A stretch of 64,000 nt of DNA. Origin: a virus. The DNA is taken from IMG/VR virus record IMGVR_UViG_3300042867_001289, positions 64,049-128,048 of that record. One strand, written 5' to 3'. The notes beneath the pieces were generated by a model. The model was not told the origin of the DNA. It did not search any database and worked only from the letters and a program-made list of their open reading frames with translations. The translations under genes and the position numbers were made by a program. This document shows, one piece after another, positions 47,868-56,918 of the stretch; position 1 is the first letter of the stretch; the number at the start of each line of letters is the position of its first letter.

Positions 47868-50054
47868 TCAAATCGGTTTCATATACCCGATTTCAGCTTC
47901 TTCGTTTTTGAATACTTGTTCTGCGCCAGACCAAAAAAGTAGATCTCTGGCTGCTATCCAGTGGTTGCCAAAATGCTCACTTCTTGACGCTGCTACAAGG
48001 CGGGCTAGTTCTTTGGCTTCTGTTGCAGAACGAAAAACCTCATAAGGTACCTGTTCGGTTATAATGCCAGAACGTCGATCCCCCTCAATTACATTTTTCG
48101 TTACTGCTCTAGTCCCCGTTATCGGCCCTGGCTTATTAGCCATAATTTCATCACGATGGTCTTCCAAAGCCGACTCAAGAATATCCAAAAAGTTTCCCTT
48201 TTGATCCTCGTCACGCCAATCAAAACCGTTCTTAGGCCAATGCGTAGCACCTTTCTTATCCGCACCACTATGACCGTCAACTTCGATCATAGACATACCC
48301 ATCCGCCGATAATATTCTTCGTTTCTAGCATTAAAAGCCGAACCAACACCCAAACCTTGAGAAGCCTCATCTATCATTAATTCATAATGCTCAACTACGC
48401 CATCTGACTGAAAAACTCGATCACCAAAACCGATTGGCACACCATCTTCAGATCGGACAAGTTTAAATCTGACTCTTAGCCCAGACTCATCAAGATACGT
48501 TGAAGTACCCACCGCCTCATAGCTTTTACCGTCAACCCCCATAAAAGGTTCACTTAACAATTCATCAAAAAACTCGCCCCAATCACGAATAATCCCAGAT
48601 TCCTCACTAACCCGTACCTTCTCCTTATCCCAGGCCGCATGAGCCTCAGCATAATCCTCACCCCCCTCAACGCTACTTTCAAAATCACTTAGTCGAGGTT
48701 CAGGATTTTCAAAAAGCCAATCGTTAAAAGCTTCATCCGAATCCCGATAAGGCTCAAACTCGGAAAGAGAAACACCTGCTAAAAGCCTTGCTATATCAAC
48801 ACTGATTTCTGGAGTTGATGTCTCTATGATCGCAGCTTTTTGATCAGCATTTTTACGTCGCTCAAGAAAAGCCGCCTCGGCAGCAGCATCAAAAGCTTCT
48901 TCATCCAAATCACCAGAAATCAAAGTTTTTTCAATTAACTCATTTTTCTTAGATTCAAAAACTGCTTTTCGTTTCTTCTCATGATCTCGAACTGCTCTTT
49001 CAAGAGCAGCTCTGGCATTATCTTCTCTACTCGAATTTTCGTTATTGACTGAATCAACACGCTCAAGTTCAGCTTTCAAATAATCGTCTTTGGCTTTATC
49101 AGAAGCATCTTTCCAAGCTTTAACTGCTTCTTCATAAGCTTTTTCTATTTCAAAATCCGTTAAAGAACTTGGAACGCCTATAGCGTCATCAAATGCGTCA
49201 TTACCTGTAGGAGCTTCAAAAGTTGTGCGTTCAGGGTAAGGGTTGGCAAGATCCCATTCGTTAAAATAGTTGGCTCTAAGCTGAATTCTTTCTTCATTGC
49301 TTAAAACAGGAACTTTTTCAATCGAAAACTGTGGATCAGTCTCTTTTGGTAAAGGATTATCTTTATCCCATTGCTGCATATGCGAAATCAAACCTGAAGA
49401 AGCAGGTGCTTTTGAGGCATCAGGTTTGTCTGCATCGGCTTTAGGAACAACCTGATCAGGGACCCTACTTGCCGGTTGCTCTGACCTGGATGCCCGTGAT
49501 CTTGCATAAAAAGCTCGGGCCTTAGATTCCCACTCTTCCATTGCTACAAATCGAGCAACCTCGTGTTCCCGAAGCGCTTTCTTATAAGCAGCATTAGGGC
49601 GACCAGTTGGAGAGCTAGATATTGGGGCAGGGTTTTCTTCATCCCATTTACTTTGAAAAGCGTAACGGGCGGCATCAATATCTTCGTTAGAGATAGCTTG
49701 TGGAAATTCGGGTTTTGGCTCATCAGGCTCATCAGGTTGATCTTTTGGGACAGGAGCGCTAACACGACTAGCTACACGCTCATCTATCGATGTTGTAGCA
49801 GCTGGCTTGGGCTCTGCGTCGCTATCGGGTTTATCAGCTGGCTTTTCAGGCTTCTTAATCGGAGCAGCCTGCTCCCACCATTTATTATCACCAATCAGCC
49901 CATCATTATCAGCATCAGGAGCATCAAGATCAGGCTCCTCGGCATTCGTACCCTTAGGAGGCTTAGGCTTACCAATAGTCCTTTTAGCAGCACGGGATAA
50001 CCGTTCACCAAAATCTGCTTTGGATTCAAAAGATTCGCCATCCAACTGTTTCAT
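47868..50054 (-). CDS. Large acidic low-complexity protein with C-terminal GNAT-like domain (putative virion-packaged effector)
   Basis: VEHYELMIDEASQGLGVGSAF..GMSMIEV..GATHWPKNGFDW; N-terminal DADNDGLIGDN motif. Confidence 0.7.
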   Translation of the reverse strand: MKQLDGESFESKADFGERLSRAAKRTIGKPKPPKGTNAEEPDLDAPDADNDGLIGDNKWWEQAAPIKKPEKPADKPDSDAEPKPAATTSIDERVASRVSAPVPKDQPDEPDEPKPEFPQAISNEDIDAARYAFQSKWDEENPAPISSSPTGRPNAAYKKALREHEVARFVAMEEWESKARAFYARSRASRSEQPASRVPDQVVPKADADKPDASKAPASSGLISHMQQWDKDNPLPKETDPQFSIEKVPVLSNEERIQLRANYFNEWDLANPYPERTTFEAPTGNDAFDDAIGVPSSLTDFEIEKAYEEAVKAWKDASDKAKDDYLKAELERVDSVNNENSSREDNARAALERAVRDHEKKRKAVFESKKNELIEKTLISGDLDEEAFDAAAEAAFLERRKNADQKAAIIETSTPEISVDIARLLAGVSLSEFEPYRDSDEAFNDWLFENPEPRLSDFESSVEGGEDYAEAHAAWDKEKVRVSEESGIIRDWGEFFDELLSEPFMGVDGKSYEAVGTSTYLDESGLRVRFKLVRSEDGVPIGFGDRVFQSDGVVEHYELMIDEASQGLGVGSAFNARNEEYYRRMGMSMIEVDGHSGADKKGATHWPKNGFDWRDEDQKGNFLDILESALEDHRDEIMANKPGPITGTRAVTKNVIEGDRRSGIITEQVPYEVFRSATEAKELARLVAASRSEHFGNHWIAARDLLFWSGAEQVFKNEEAEIGYMKPI

Positions 50055-50060
50055 TTTGAT

Positions 50061-50360
50061 TTACCGACGGGCCCTTTGCTGTTTGTAGTCAGCCAGGATG
50101 TCGCGTTCTTTAGGCTTCTGCTTCTTCACATAAAAATAGGCGTCACGCGGTTCACGACCAAAATAGTTCAGGAAATCTGTTCGCCAGTCACGATCCCCCT
50201 CCAAATACATCAACATCAAATCATCCTGAGAAACCAAAGAATCTTCCAACGCCCCAGTTAAAGCAGCAAAATCGTTTCGCTCATGCGGACCCATGCTCGC
50301 CTTCTTCAAAAGGTCACGGACACGCCTAGCAACAGCATTATCAATATCTTTAGGTTTCAA
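50061..50360 (-). CDS. Small hypothetical protein upstream of the GNAT-like gene
   Basis: TTG start with AGGAGG RBS; 99 aa. Confidence 0.65.
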   Translation of the reverse strand: MKPKDIDNAVARRVRDLLKKASMGPHERNDFAALTGALEDSLVSQDDLMLMYLEGDRDWRTDFLNYFGREPRDAYFYVKKQKPKERDILADYKQQRARR

Positions 50361-50425
50361 AACAGCCTCCTATGCGACTATAGTCTAGCTTGGTATCATC
50401 ATTAATTTTGTAAAACAGGGAACTC

Positions 50426-51187
50426 ATGCCAACTTTTCAAGAAATGACAGAACCACCACCAGAACCAGGACCAGCAGACTGGAACGAACAAGGTGTTGTC
50501 ATCAAGAAAAATTTGCTACCCGAAGAAGTACTTACTAACTACGAACAGTTTTGGCTTACCCAACACTCAGAAAACCCAAAAGGCTGGCCAGACTGCCTAC
50601 CCTATATGAGACACCAAGAAGTTGCAGACCTTTACTGCAGATCAGAAATTCAAGAAGTTATCACAGAACTACTAGGACAACCAGCAGGACTCCACCTATG
50701 CCTCACAGGATGGGTCACCACCACTAGAAACTGGCATCAAGACTCATACCTAAACCCACATTTCGTTGGAGACAACTATGTGGCCGTATGGATCGCCCTA
50801 GCAGACATACATCCAGACTCTGGGCCGTTCCAATATATTGCCGGTTCACACAGATGGCCACAAGTTACCTTTTCAAAGATTTCGGAACATGTTGATACGA
50901 AAGATCCTTTGTGGCCAAGCTATTCAGAACAAATACTTACCCCGATTTTTGAAGAAGAAATAGAAGCCAGAAATGCGGAAATTACAACATATCTACCGAA
51001 ACGTGGTGATGTCTTATTCTGGCATGGCCGTCTCATGCACCGTGGATCTCTTGCTAATACACCAGACATGGAACGGCGGGCAGCAATAGGCCACTACTCG
51101 GGTATAAGCTCCAGACCAGACATGCCTAAGCCGGAAAGATCTGGTGGCGGATGGATCTTCCCTATTGGCGAAAAGCTTTACAAATAG
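50426..51187 (+). CDS. PhyH-family 2OG-Fe(II) dioxygenase
   Basis: WHQD, VWIALAD..SGPFQYIAGSH, GDVLFWHGRLMHRG..RRA. Confidence 0.92.
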   Translation: MPTFQEMTEPPPEPGPADWNEQGVVIKKNLLPEEVLTNYEQFWLTQHSENPKGWPDCLPYMRHQEVADLYCRSEIQEVITELLGQPAGLHLCLTGWVTTTRNWHQDSYLNPHFVGDNYVAVWIALADIHPDSGPFQYIAGSHRWPQVTFSKISEHVDTKDPLWPSYSEQILTPIFEEEIEARNAEITTYLPKRGDVLFWHGRLMHRGSLANTPDMERRAAIGHYSGISSRPDMPKPERSGGGWIFPIGEKLYK

Positions 51188-51199
51188 AAGGACTAAACA

Positions 51200-51772
51200 A
51201 TGGAATTGTTAAATGTTGGCTGCGGCACACATTATGCTAAAGGGTGGGTAAATACTGACACCTGGGAAACTGATACGACTAAGCCTGATGTGCGAGTTGC
51301 CCCAGGTGAGCCGTACCCGTTTGAAGATGATACTTTTGATGCGGTTTACCTTGGTCATGTCCTTGAACATATTGCTTGGCCCCAAGTTGCCACCTTTTTG
51401 AAAGACATATCGCGTGTAGCTAAAGCTGACGCAAAAATTTTGATAACAGGCCCTGATGTCTACAAAACCATAAAACGTTGGTCAGATGGACAAGAACCCT
51501 GGTGGCTAGTTGAATCCGTTATGGAACACCAAGGGGTTAATTCAACCCCAGGAACAGTCGAATGGTGGGACGGAGCTTCACACCACTGGAACTGCCACAA
51601 CGACCGGGTCCTAAACCTGTTAGAAACCCTGGGTTTCACAAACATCAAAGACCGCTTTAACGACATCCCCAAAAACGCTTCTGGGAAAAACTGGAAAGAC
51701 GATGGGATTACTTGGCCTGTCGTAGGCTTCTGGCACTGGCAGTTTGGCCTGAGTTGCAACAACCCAAAGTGA
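51200..51772 (+). CDS. Class I SAM-dependent methyltransferase
   Basis: LLNVGCG, PFEDDTFDAVYLGHVLEH, RVAK..ILITGPD. Confidence 0.88.
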   Translation: MELLNVGCGTHYAKGWVNTDTWETDTTKPDVRVAPGEPYPFEDDTFDAVYLGHVLEHIAWPQVATFLKDISRVAKADAKILITGPDVYKTIKRWSDGQEPWWLVESVMEHQGVNSTPGTVEWWDGASHHWNCHNDRVLNLLETLGFTNIKDRFNDIPKNASGKNWKDDGITWPVVGFWHWQFGLSCNNPK

Positions 51773-51776
51773 AAAT

Positions 51777-52043
51777 TCAGGTCTTAACGTAATTTGAAAC
51801 AGCCTCAGACAAAGCCTCATGCGTTTCGCTACTCGGGTTATTCAAATACCGGACAGCCGCTTGTGCCGTATAGTGCGATGCCACAGTATGCGGCAAACCA
51901 GCTATGAGTATCCCTAGCTGAGACCAAGCGTTAGCAAGTTTCGGATCACGATTCTTGATCGCTGTAAAACTTTCGCCAGCACAATAAACCGGATCAGGTA
52001 AATTGATTCCGTTTGAAGAGTCTTCGCTTTCCAAATCACCCAT
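51777..52043 (-). CDS. Hypothetical protein
   Basis: 88-aa ORF overlapping the upstream stop. Confidence 0.55.
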   Translation of the reverse strand: MGDLESEDSSNGINLPDPVYCAGESFTAIKNRDPKLANAWSQLGILIAGLPHTVASHYTAQAAVRYLNNPSSETHEALSEAVSNYVKT

Positions 52044-52299
52044 TATCTACCCTTTTCGAATAGTCAATATAGGCCTCAATTGCTGGCCAAACGGTTTCCA
52101 AAACAACACGAACAGTGCAAGTGCCACAATGGTAAATTGCCTCATAACGCTCATCACGGTCATCAGACCAATCATCATCTTCAAATTCTGTTAATTCAAG
52201 AATCTGACCTGCTTTAATAACCGATTCATCAATCAGTTTTAGATAATACAGCTCATCAAATTCCTCTTCAATACGCTTTTTACGACTAAATATTTTCAT
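52036..52299 (-). CDS. Hypothetical acidic protein with HCGTC motif
   Basis: Real start MKIFS at 52299 with GGAGG RBS. Confidence 0.65.
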   Translation of the reverse strand: MKIFSRKKRIEEEFDELYYLKLIDESVIKAGQILELTEFEDDDWSDDRDERYEAIYHCGTCTVRVVLETVWPAIEAYIDYSKRVDNG

Positions 52300-52323
52300 A
52301 CATCCTCCGTAGATAATTGCCAG

Positions 52324-52353
52324 ACCATACCACCCCTTTGAGGCACCTGTCAA
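52324..52353 (-). promoter_or_regulatory. SigA-type promoter
   Basis: TTGACA-18 nt-TATGGT upstream of 52299. Confidence 0.65.
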
Positions 52354-52424
52354 CAATCTAAAATGCCAAAAGATTCACACGATAGCGACACTGCCGCTTC
52401 TCCACTAGCGGCTATGGTCATACC

Positions 52425-52730
52425 ATGTATTACTCAGCAGACAACGAACTTATGCTGGGGAACGTTCAAGTAGCTAGAGCTGATCGGCTACCATGTCCAG
52501 TCTGCGGCCATCCAAAAGGAGATTGCAAAGGGGCAAGTGAAGCCCCAATCCATGTCCTGGGCACAGACGCATACATATCAATGGACTATGAAGAAACTTT
52601 TATAGTCAAAGAAGATGTCTACGAAAACCGTTGGATTTCACCTTATACCGAATGTAGGGTAAAAATAGCTGTAGCTGGAACGGCAATACCGCTTTCAAAA
52701 GCTAAAGCTCTCGGTCTTACTAGCATTTAA
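52425..52730 (+). CDS. Small Zn-finger protein
   Basis: CPVCGHP.GDC. Confidence 0.7.
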   Translation: MYYSADNELMLGNVQVARADRLPCPVCGHPKGDCKGASEAPIHVLGTDAYISMDYEETFIVKEDVYENRWISPYTECRVKIAVAGTAIPLSKAKALGLTSI

Positions 52731-52765
52731 ATTCAACTAACCCAACCTCAATACAGGAGTTAACA

Positions 52766-54682
52766 ATGATAACACCCGAGTTCCTTGAAACTTACGACGC
52801 CCGCGTTCCCCCATGGGGTTTCGGTGGAATGGGCGAGGCAACAATGCTTCGAACATATTCCCGCCCAATTCCAGGACTAGACCGAAACGAAACATGGCTC
52901 GAAGTTTGCACCCGGGCAGTGAATGGGGCAGTCGATATTGGCGCTGAACTCTCCAAAGAAGACGCCGAAAAGCTTTTTGACCACATGTACGACCTTCGTG
53001 CAAGCGTCTCAGGCAGAGCACTCTGGCAGCTAGGCACACCACTAGTTGAAAGAATGGGCGGAGCAAGCCTCCAAAACTGCTACTTCAGCGACGTCGAAAA
53101 GATCGAAGATTTCGAATTCATTTTTGACATGCTAATGGTCGGAGGCGGAGTCGGATTTTCTGTCGAACGAGCAAAGATCCACGAACTACCAAAAGTAAAA
53201 AACGCTGTCACAATCACGCACGAACGCAGCAACGACGCCGACATAATCGTCCCAGATAAACGAGAGGGTTGGAGCCGTCTCCTTCACGCAGTACTCAAAT
53301 CGTACTTCTACACAGGCAAATCTTTCAGCTACTCAACAATTCTAATCCGAGAATATGGGGCCGCTCTCAACTCTTTCGGTGGAACAGCTTCCGGCCCAGG
53401 AGCGCTAATCGAAGGCATCGAAAAGATTTGTAAGATCATGGACAACCGGATTGGCAAAAAGCTCCGATCCATCGACGTCCTCGACATTGTAAATATTATT
53501 GGCGAAATGGTCGTCGCCGGATCATCACGCCGTTCAGCTCAGATCGCTATTGGCGACCCAGACGACATCCTTTTCCTGCGAGCCAAGAACTGGGAATCAG
53601 GGACCATCCCAGGATGGCGTGGAAATTCCAATAACTCCATCTTTGCTGACGGTTGGGAAGAAATCCCTACTGAACTGTGGAAGGGATATCAGGGCACCGG
53701 CGAACCTTACGGGCTTATCAACCGTAAGCTTGCCAGGAAAGTTGGCCGACTCGGCGAGTCTATGCCTGACCCAAGTGTTGATGGTTTCAATCCTTGTGCC
53801 GAAATTGCGTTGGCTTCAGGGGAGTCTTGTAACCTTGCAACGCTTTTCCTTCCTAACATTCGTTCGTTTGAAGAGTTTTGCGAGATTAGCCGTTTGCTAT
53901 ATTTGGTTCAAAAGTCGACAACAGAACTTTCGTACCCTTACGAGAAAACAACTAAAATTGTTCGTAAGAACCGTCGGCTAGGGCAGTCAATCACTGGTGT
54001 CCTGCAGTGCAGCGAAGAGCAACTATCTTGGCTAGACCCAGGCTACAAGGCTCTCCGTAAGCTTGACGCAGAGTACTCCGCTGAACACGGCATCCCAGAG
54101 TCAATCAGGCTGACAACAGTGCAACCATCTGGGACACTCTCAATCCTTCCTGGGGTTCTCCCAGGGGCGCACCCAGGGTTTGCCCGCCATTATGTGAGGC
54201 GTGTCCGGTTCGGGTCTAACGATCCGCTTGTGAAGTCTTTGCGTGAACGAGGTCATGATATCGAATATGATATGAACCTTGATGGGACAAGGAATCATAC
54301 CCGCCAGGTAGTTTCATTCCCTTGCATGTCCCCAGAAGGGTCAATTCTCGCAGAAGAACTCTCCGCTATCGACCAGATGGAATGGGTGAAACGCCTTCAA
54401 ACCGAATGGGCTGACAACGCCGTGTCGGTAACCATCTATTACCGCAAGCAAGAACTTCCTGAAATCCAGGAATGGCTTTCAAACAATTACAACAATTCGG
54501 TCAAATCCATGTCCTTCCTGCTTCATCAGGACCACGGTTTCGCCTTGCCTCCTTATGAAGAAATCGACGAAGAAGGCTACAACAAGATGCTCGCAAAGAT
54601 CGACCCGACTGTTCCCCTTGTCAAAACCGAAGGCGAACTGATCGACGACAACTGCGACACAGGCCACTGCCCGGTCCGGTAA
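52766..54682 (+). CDS. nrdJ: Class II (B12-dependent) ribonucleoside-triphosphate reductase
   Basis: RTYSR, SGRALW, LQNC, GGGVGFS, RRSAQI, NPCAEI, TTVQPSGT, C-terminal CDTGHCPVR. Confidence 0.95.
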   Translation: MITPEFLETYDARVPPWGFGGMGEATMLRTYSRPIPGLDRNETWLEVCTRAVNGAVDIGAELSKEDAEKLFDHMYDLRASVSGRALWQLGTPLVERMGGASLQNCYFSDVEKIEDFEFIFDMLMVGGGVGFSVERAKIHELPKVKNAVTITHERSNDADIIVPDKREGWSRLLHAVLKSYFYTGKSFSYSTILIREYGAALNSFGGTASGPGALIEGIEKICKIMDNRIGKKLRSIDVLDIVNIIGEMVVAGSSRRSAQIAIGDPDDILFLRAKNWESGTIPGWRGNSNNSIFADGWEEIPTELWKGYQGTGEPYGLINRKLARKVGRLGESMPDPSVDGFNPCAEIALASGESCNLATLFLPNIRSFEEFCEISRLLYLVQKSTTELSYPYEKTTKIVRKNRRLGQSITGVLQCSEEQLSWLDPGYKALRKLDAEYSAEHGIPESIRLTTVQPSGTLSILPGVLPGAHPGFARHYVRRVRFGSNDPLVKSLRERGHDIEYDMNLDGTRNHTRQVVSFPCMSPEGSILAEELSAIDQMEWVKRLQTEWADNAVSVTIYYRKQELPEIQEWLSNNYNNSVKSMSFLLHQDHGFALPPYEEIDEEGYNKMLAKIDPTVPLVKTEGELIDDNCDTGHCPVR

Positions 54683-55033
54683 ATGGGCTTACAAGCATTA
54701 GCTCTAGCAGGTGCCCCAGCCCTGCTAGAGCAAGCTTCACAACTAGTAACTAAAAGAGGCCTAGCCAAAGGCATCACCTACGACAACGGCTCAATAGACG
54801 CCACTGGGGCACTATGCCTAGCAGGCGGAGCTAAAATAGAAACACTAAACGAAGACCCCATAGCAGAACTATCTACAATCAAAAGACCACTAGTACTAGT
54901 AATAGTAGAAGCGTTAGAAGCAGAACTAGACTCCGACCTTCACACCTGGAACGACCTACCTACCACCACCACAAACATGGTAGCCGCCACGTTCAAATCT
55001 TTAGCAGACAAAATATCCATAGCCACAACATGA
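54683..55033 (+). CDS. DUF6197-like actinophage protein
   Basis: DATGALCLA..HTWNDLPTTT..VAATF. Confidence 0.55.
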   Translation: MGLQALALAGAPALLEQASQLVTKRGLAKGITYDNGSIDATGALCLAGGAKIETLNEDPIAELSTIKRPLVLVIVEALEAELDSDLHTWNDLPTTTTNMVAATFKSLADKISIATT

Positions 55034-55043
55034 CGGCACACGC

Positions 55044-55069
55044 GAAAGAGCCCCCTCCGAAGAAGGGGC
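55044..55069 (-). terminator. Intrinsic terminator after the major capsid gene (may be bidirectional)
   Basis: Minus strand GCCCCTTC-TTCG-GAGGGGGC followed by TCTTTC; cUUCGg tetraloop. Confidence 0.85.
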
Positions 55070-55092
55070 CCGATCAACTGCTTCAGACCAGA

Positions 55093-56421
55093 TCAGTCAG
55101 GAGCGCCATCGAAGTCAACCTTAACGAATGACTCAGGACGCTTCGTAGCAAGTGCCAAACGCTGCTCCGCAAGGATCACGATAGCGTTACGAACGAAGAA
55201 GTCTGCATGCTGCTCCGAAATACGGATGCTTGCCTGCTCCCGATCGTAAATCTGTGCTCCAGTACCGAACGCACCCACAAGAGCAGTGCCCTCAGGGATA
55301 GCAGGAGTGTCAACGATTGGCATACGCCAGATACGGGCCTCAGCACCAACCTGCATGGACATCGCCATGAGGTAAGTACCCTGCTCGTTCTTCGTAAGCT
55401 CAATGTCTTCCCAATCGTTCGGGTGGAGAACCACACCGGACGGCTCGTAGTAAGCAAGGAAAGCAAGAGTAGCCGAGCGGCGCAGAGCGTCACCCTTCGA
55501 GTCAGGAACTGGCAGGGTCGCACCTTCGGACCATGCATACTCCTGAACACCAGCGTTCAAGATACCGAGAAGGTTCTCTCCGGTTCCATCACCCGAAAGG
55601 ATTTGGTAATCCTCCTGGAGACGAAGACCATAAAGAAGCTCGTTATCAATGATCGAACGAAGCTGAGGCTCATCAGCCAGAACGTTACGGTGAGCAGCTT
55701 CCCAGTGCGCAAGAGTGCGAACCGGAGCCTGCTGACCAACAAACTGGAAGCTCGACTGAGGCTTAAGACCAAAGTCGCCGCCGTTACGCTCAGCAACAGT
55801 AGAAGCCGCATTCACAGCAGTCGTCTCAGGAGTCGTGAATCCACGCATCTGGAAATACTCAATCACCGCAGCAGTGGTTGTGCGTGAAGGGAAAAGATCC
55901 CGAACACGACGAGTACGCATCGGCGGAATGACCATATCGTCACGCTGAATCGTACCGAACGCACCAGGAGTTCCAGAGGGAAGACCCGAGTAAACGTCCT
56001 TCTGTCCCCACATCGCACCAACATCGGAACGCTCAAGGACGAACGGCGCTGGCATGTTTGCCCCACCACGACCCGAATCAAGAGACTTGAATTCTGCTGA
56101 ATCCAAGAACAACTGACCGAGCGACTTGCCCTGAGGAGCCCAAAGACCAGAAGCGGAATCTGCGGCAACGCTAGCTGCAACAGACTCAGACTGTGCTTCA
56201 GAACCCCAAGCGTCTAGCGTCTTCAAAGATTCCATGCCCTCAATGAGAGACTTGATTTCCTTGATGTCAACCATGTTCTTATCAAAAGCTGACTTCTGCT
56301 CAGTTGTGACGATGACAGTTCCATCTTCGATGCGGAAATCATCAGCAATCTGACGATTCTCAGCAGTCTTGGATCGAAGTGCACCCTGTAGTTCCCGCAA
56401 GCGGCTTTCATCAAATGACAT
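55093..56421 (-). CDS. HK97-fold major capsid protein with N-terminal delta domain
   Basis: KSLGQLF..SAEFK; VRDLF; LADEPQLRSII..QILSGDGTGENLLGI; LHPNDW; DFFVRN..ILAEQRLAL..RPESF. Confidence 0.96.
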   Translation of the reverse strand: MSFDESRLRELQGALRSKTAENRQIADDFRIEDGTVIVTTEQKSAFDKNMVDIKEIKSLIEGMESLKTLDAWGSEAQSESVAASVAADSASGLWAPQGKSLGQLFLDSAEFKSLDSGRGGANMPAPFVLERSDVGAMWGQKDVYSGLPSGTPGAFGTIQRDDMVIPPMRTRRVRDLFPSRTTTAAVIEYFQMRGFTTPETTAVNAASTVAERNGGDFGLKPQSSFQFVGQQAPVRTLAHWEAAHRNVLADEPQLRSIIDNELLYGLRLQEDYQILSGDGTGENLLGILNAGVQEYAWSEGATLPVPDSKGDALRRSATLAFLAYYEPSGVVLHPNDWEDIELTKNEQGTYLMAMSMQVGAEARIWRMPIVDTPAIPEGTALVGAFGTGAQIYDREQASIRISEQHADFFVRNAIVILAEQRLALATKRPESFVKVDFDGAPD

Positions 56422-56564
56422 TAGATTTTCTACTCCTCTATTGAGCGGTTAATTGGATTGACCCTCAGCGTAGGTTAGCACCTAGCTTTATACAGCCGAT
56501 GGTAGACAACTAAGTATACGATGTAGTGCAGGTTTTGTAAACTTTTTGATAAAACTCTTATGAA

Positions 56565-56918
56565 TTATCTTCTGGTACCTCTAGAACGACGAGTAGCCAT
56601 TTCATCAGATGGCACCCGCTTAGAGATACGATCACCTACAGAATCAACGACCTCAGGCCCCCCAGAACCCTCAGGCGCATACCTTCCAGGAGACCCAGAC
56701 ACATACTTCTGATAATCCCTAAAAAGCTCCTTAGACTTATCACTCCTACTATAATAATTTAAAGCCGCCAAATATATGTCTTTCTTCTCCTCAAAATTTT
56801 CAGAATCCGAAGAAAAAACTTCCGCCAAACCCAGAATATGAGAACGTTTAACAGCAGAACCTATGTTAATAAACTTAACTAGGATGCTCATCTTTTCTAC
56901 GTCTGTAAATTCGCTCAT
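56565..56918 (-). CDS. Small hypothetical protein coupled to the 1161-aa gene
   Basis: ATGA overlap at 56915-56918. Confidence 0.65.
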   Translation of the reverse strand: MSEFTDVEKMSILVKFINIGSAVKRSHILGLAEVFSSDSENFEEKKDIYLAALNYYSRSDKSKELFRDYQKYVSGSPGRYAPEGSGGPEVVDSVGDRISKRVPSDEMATRRSRGTRR

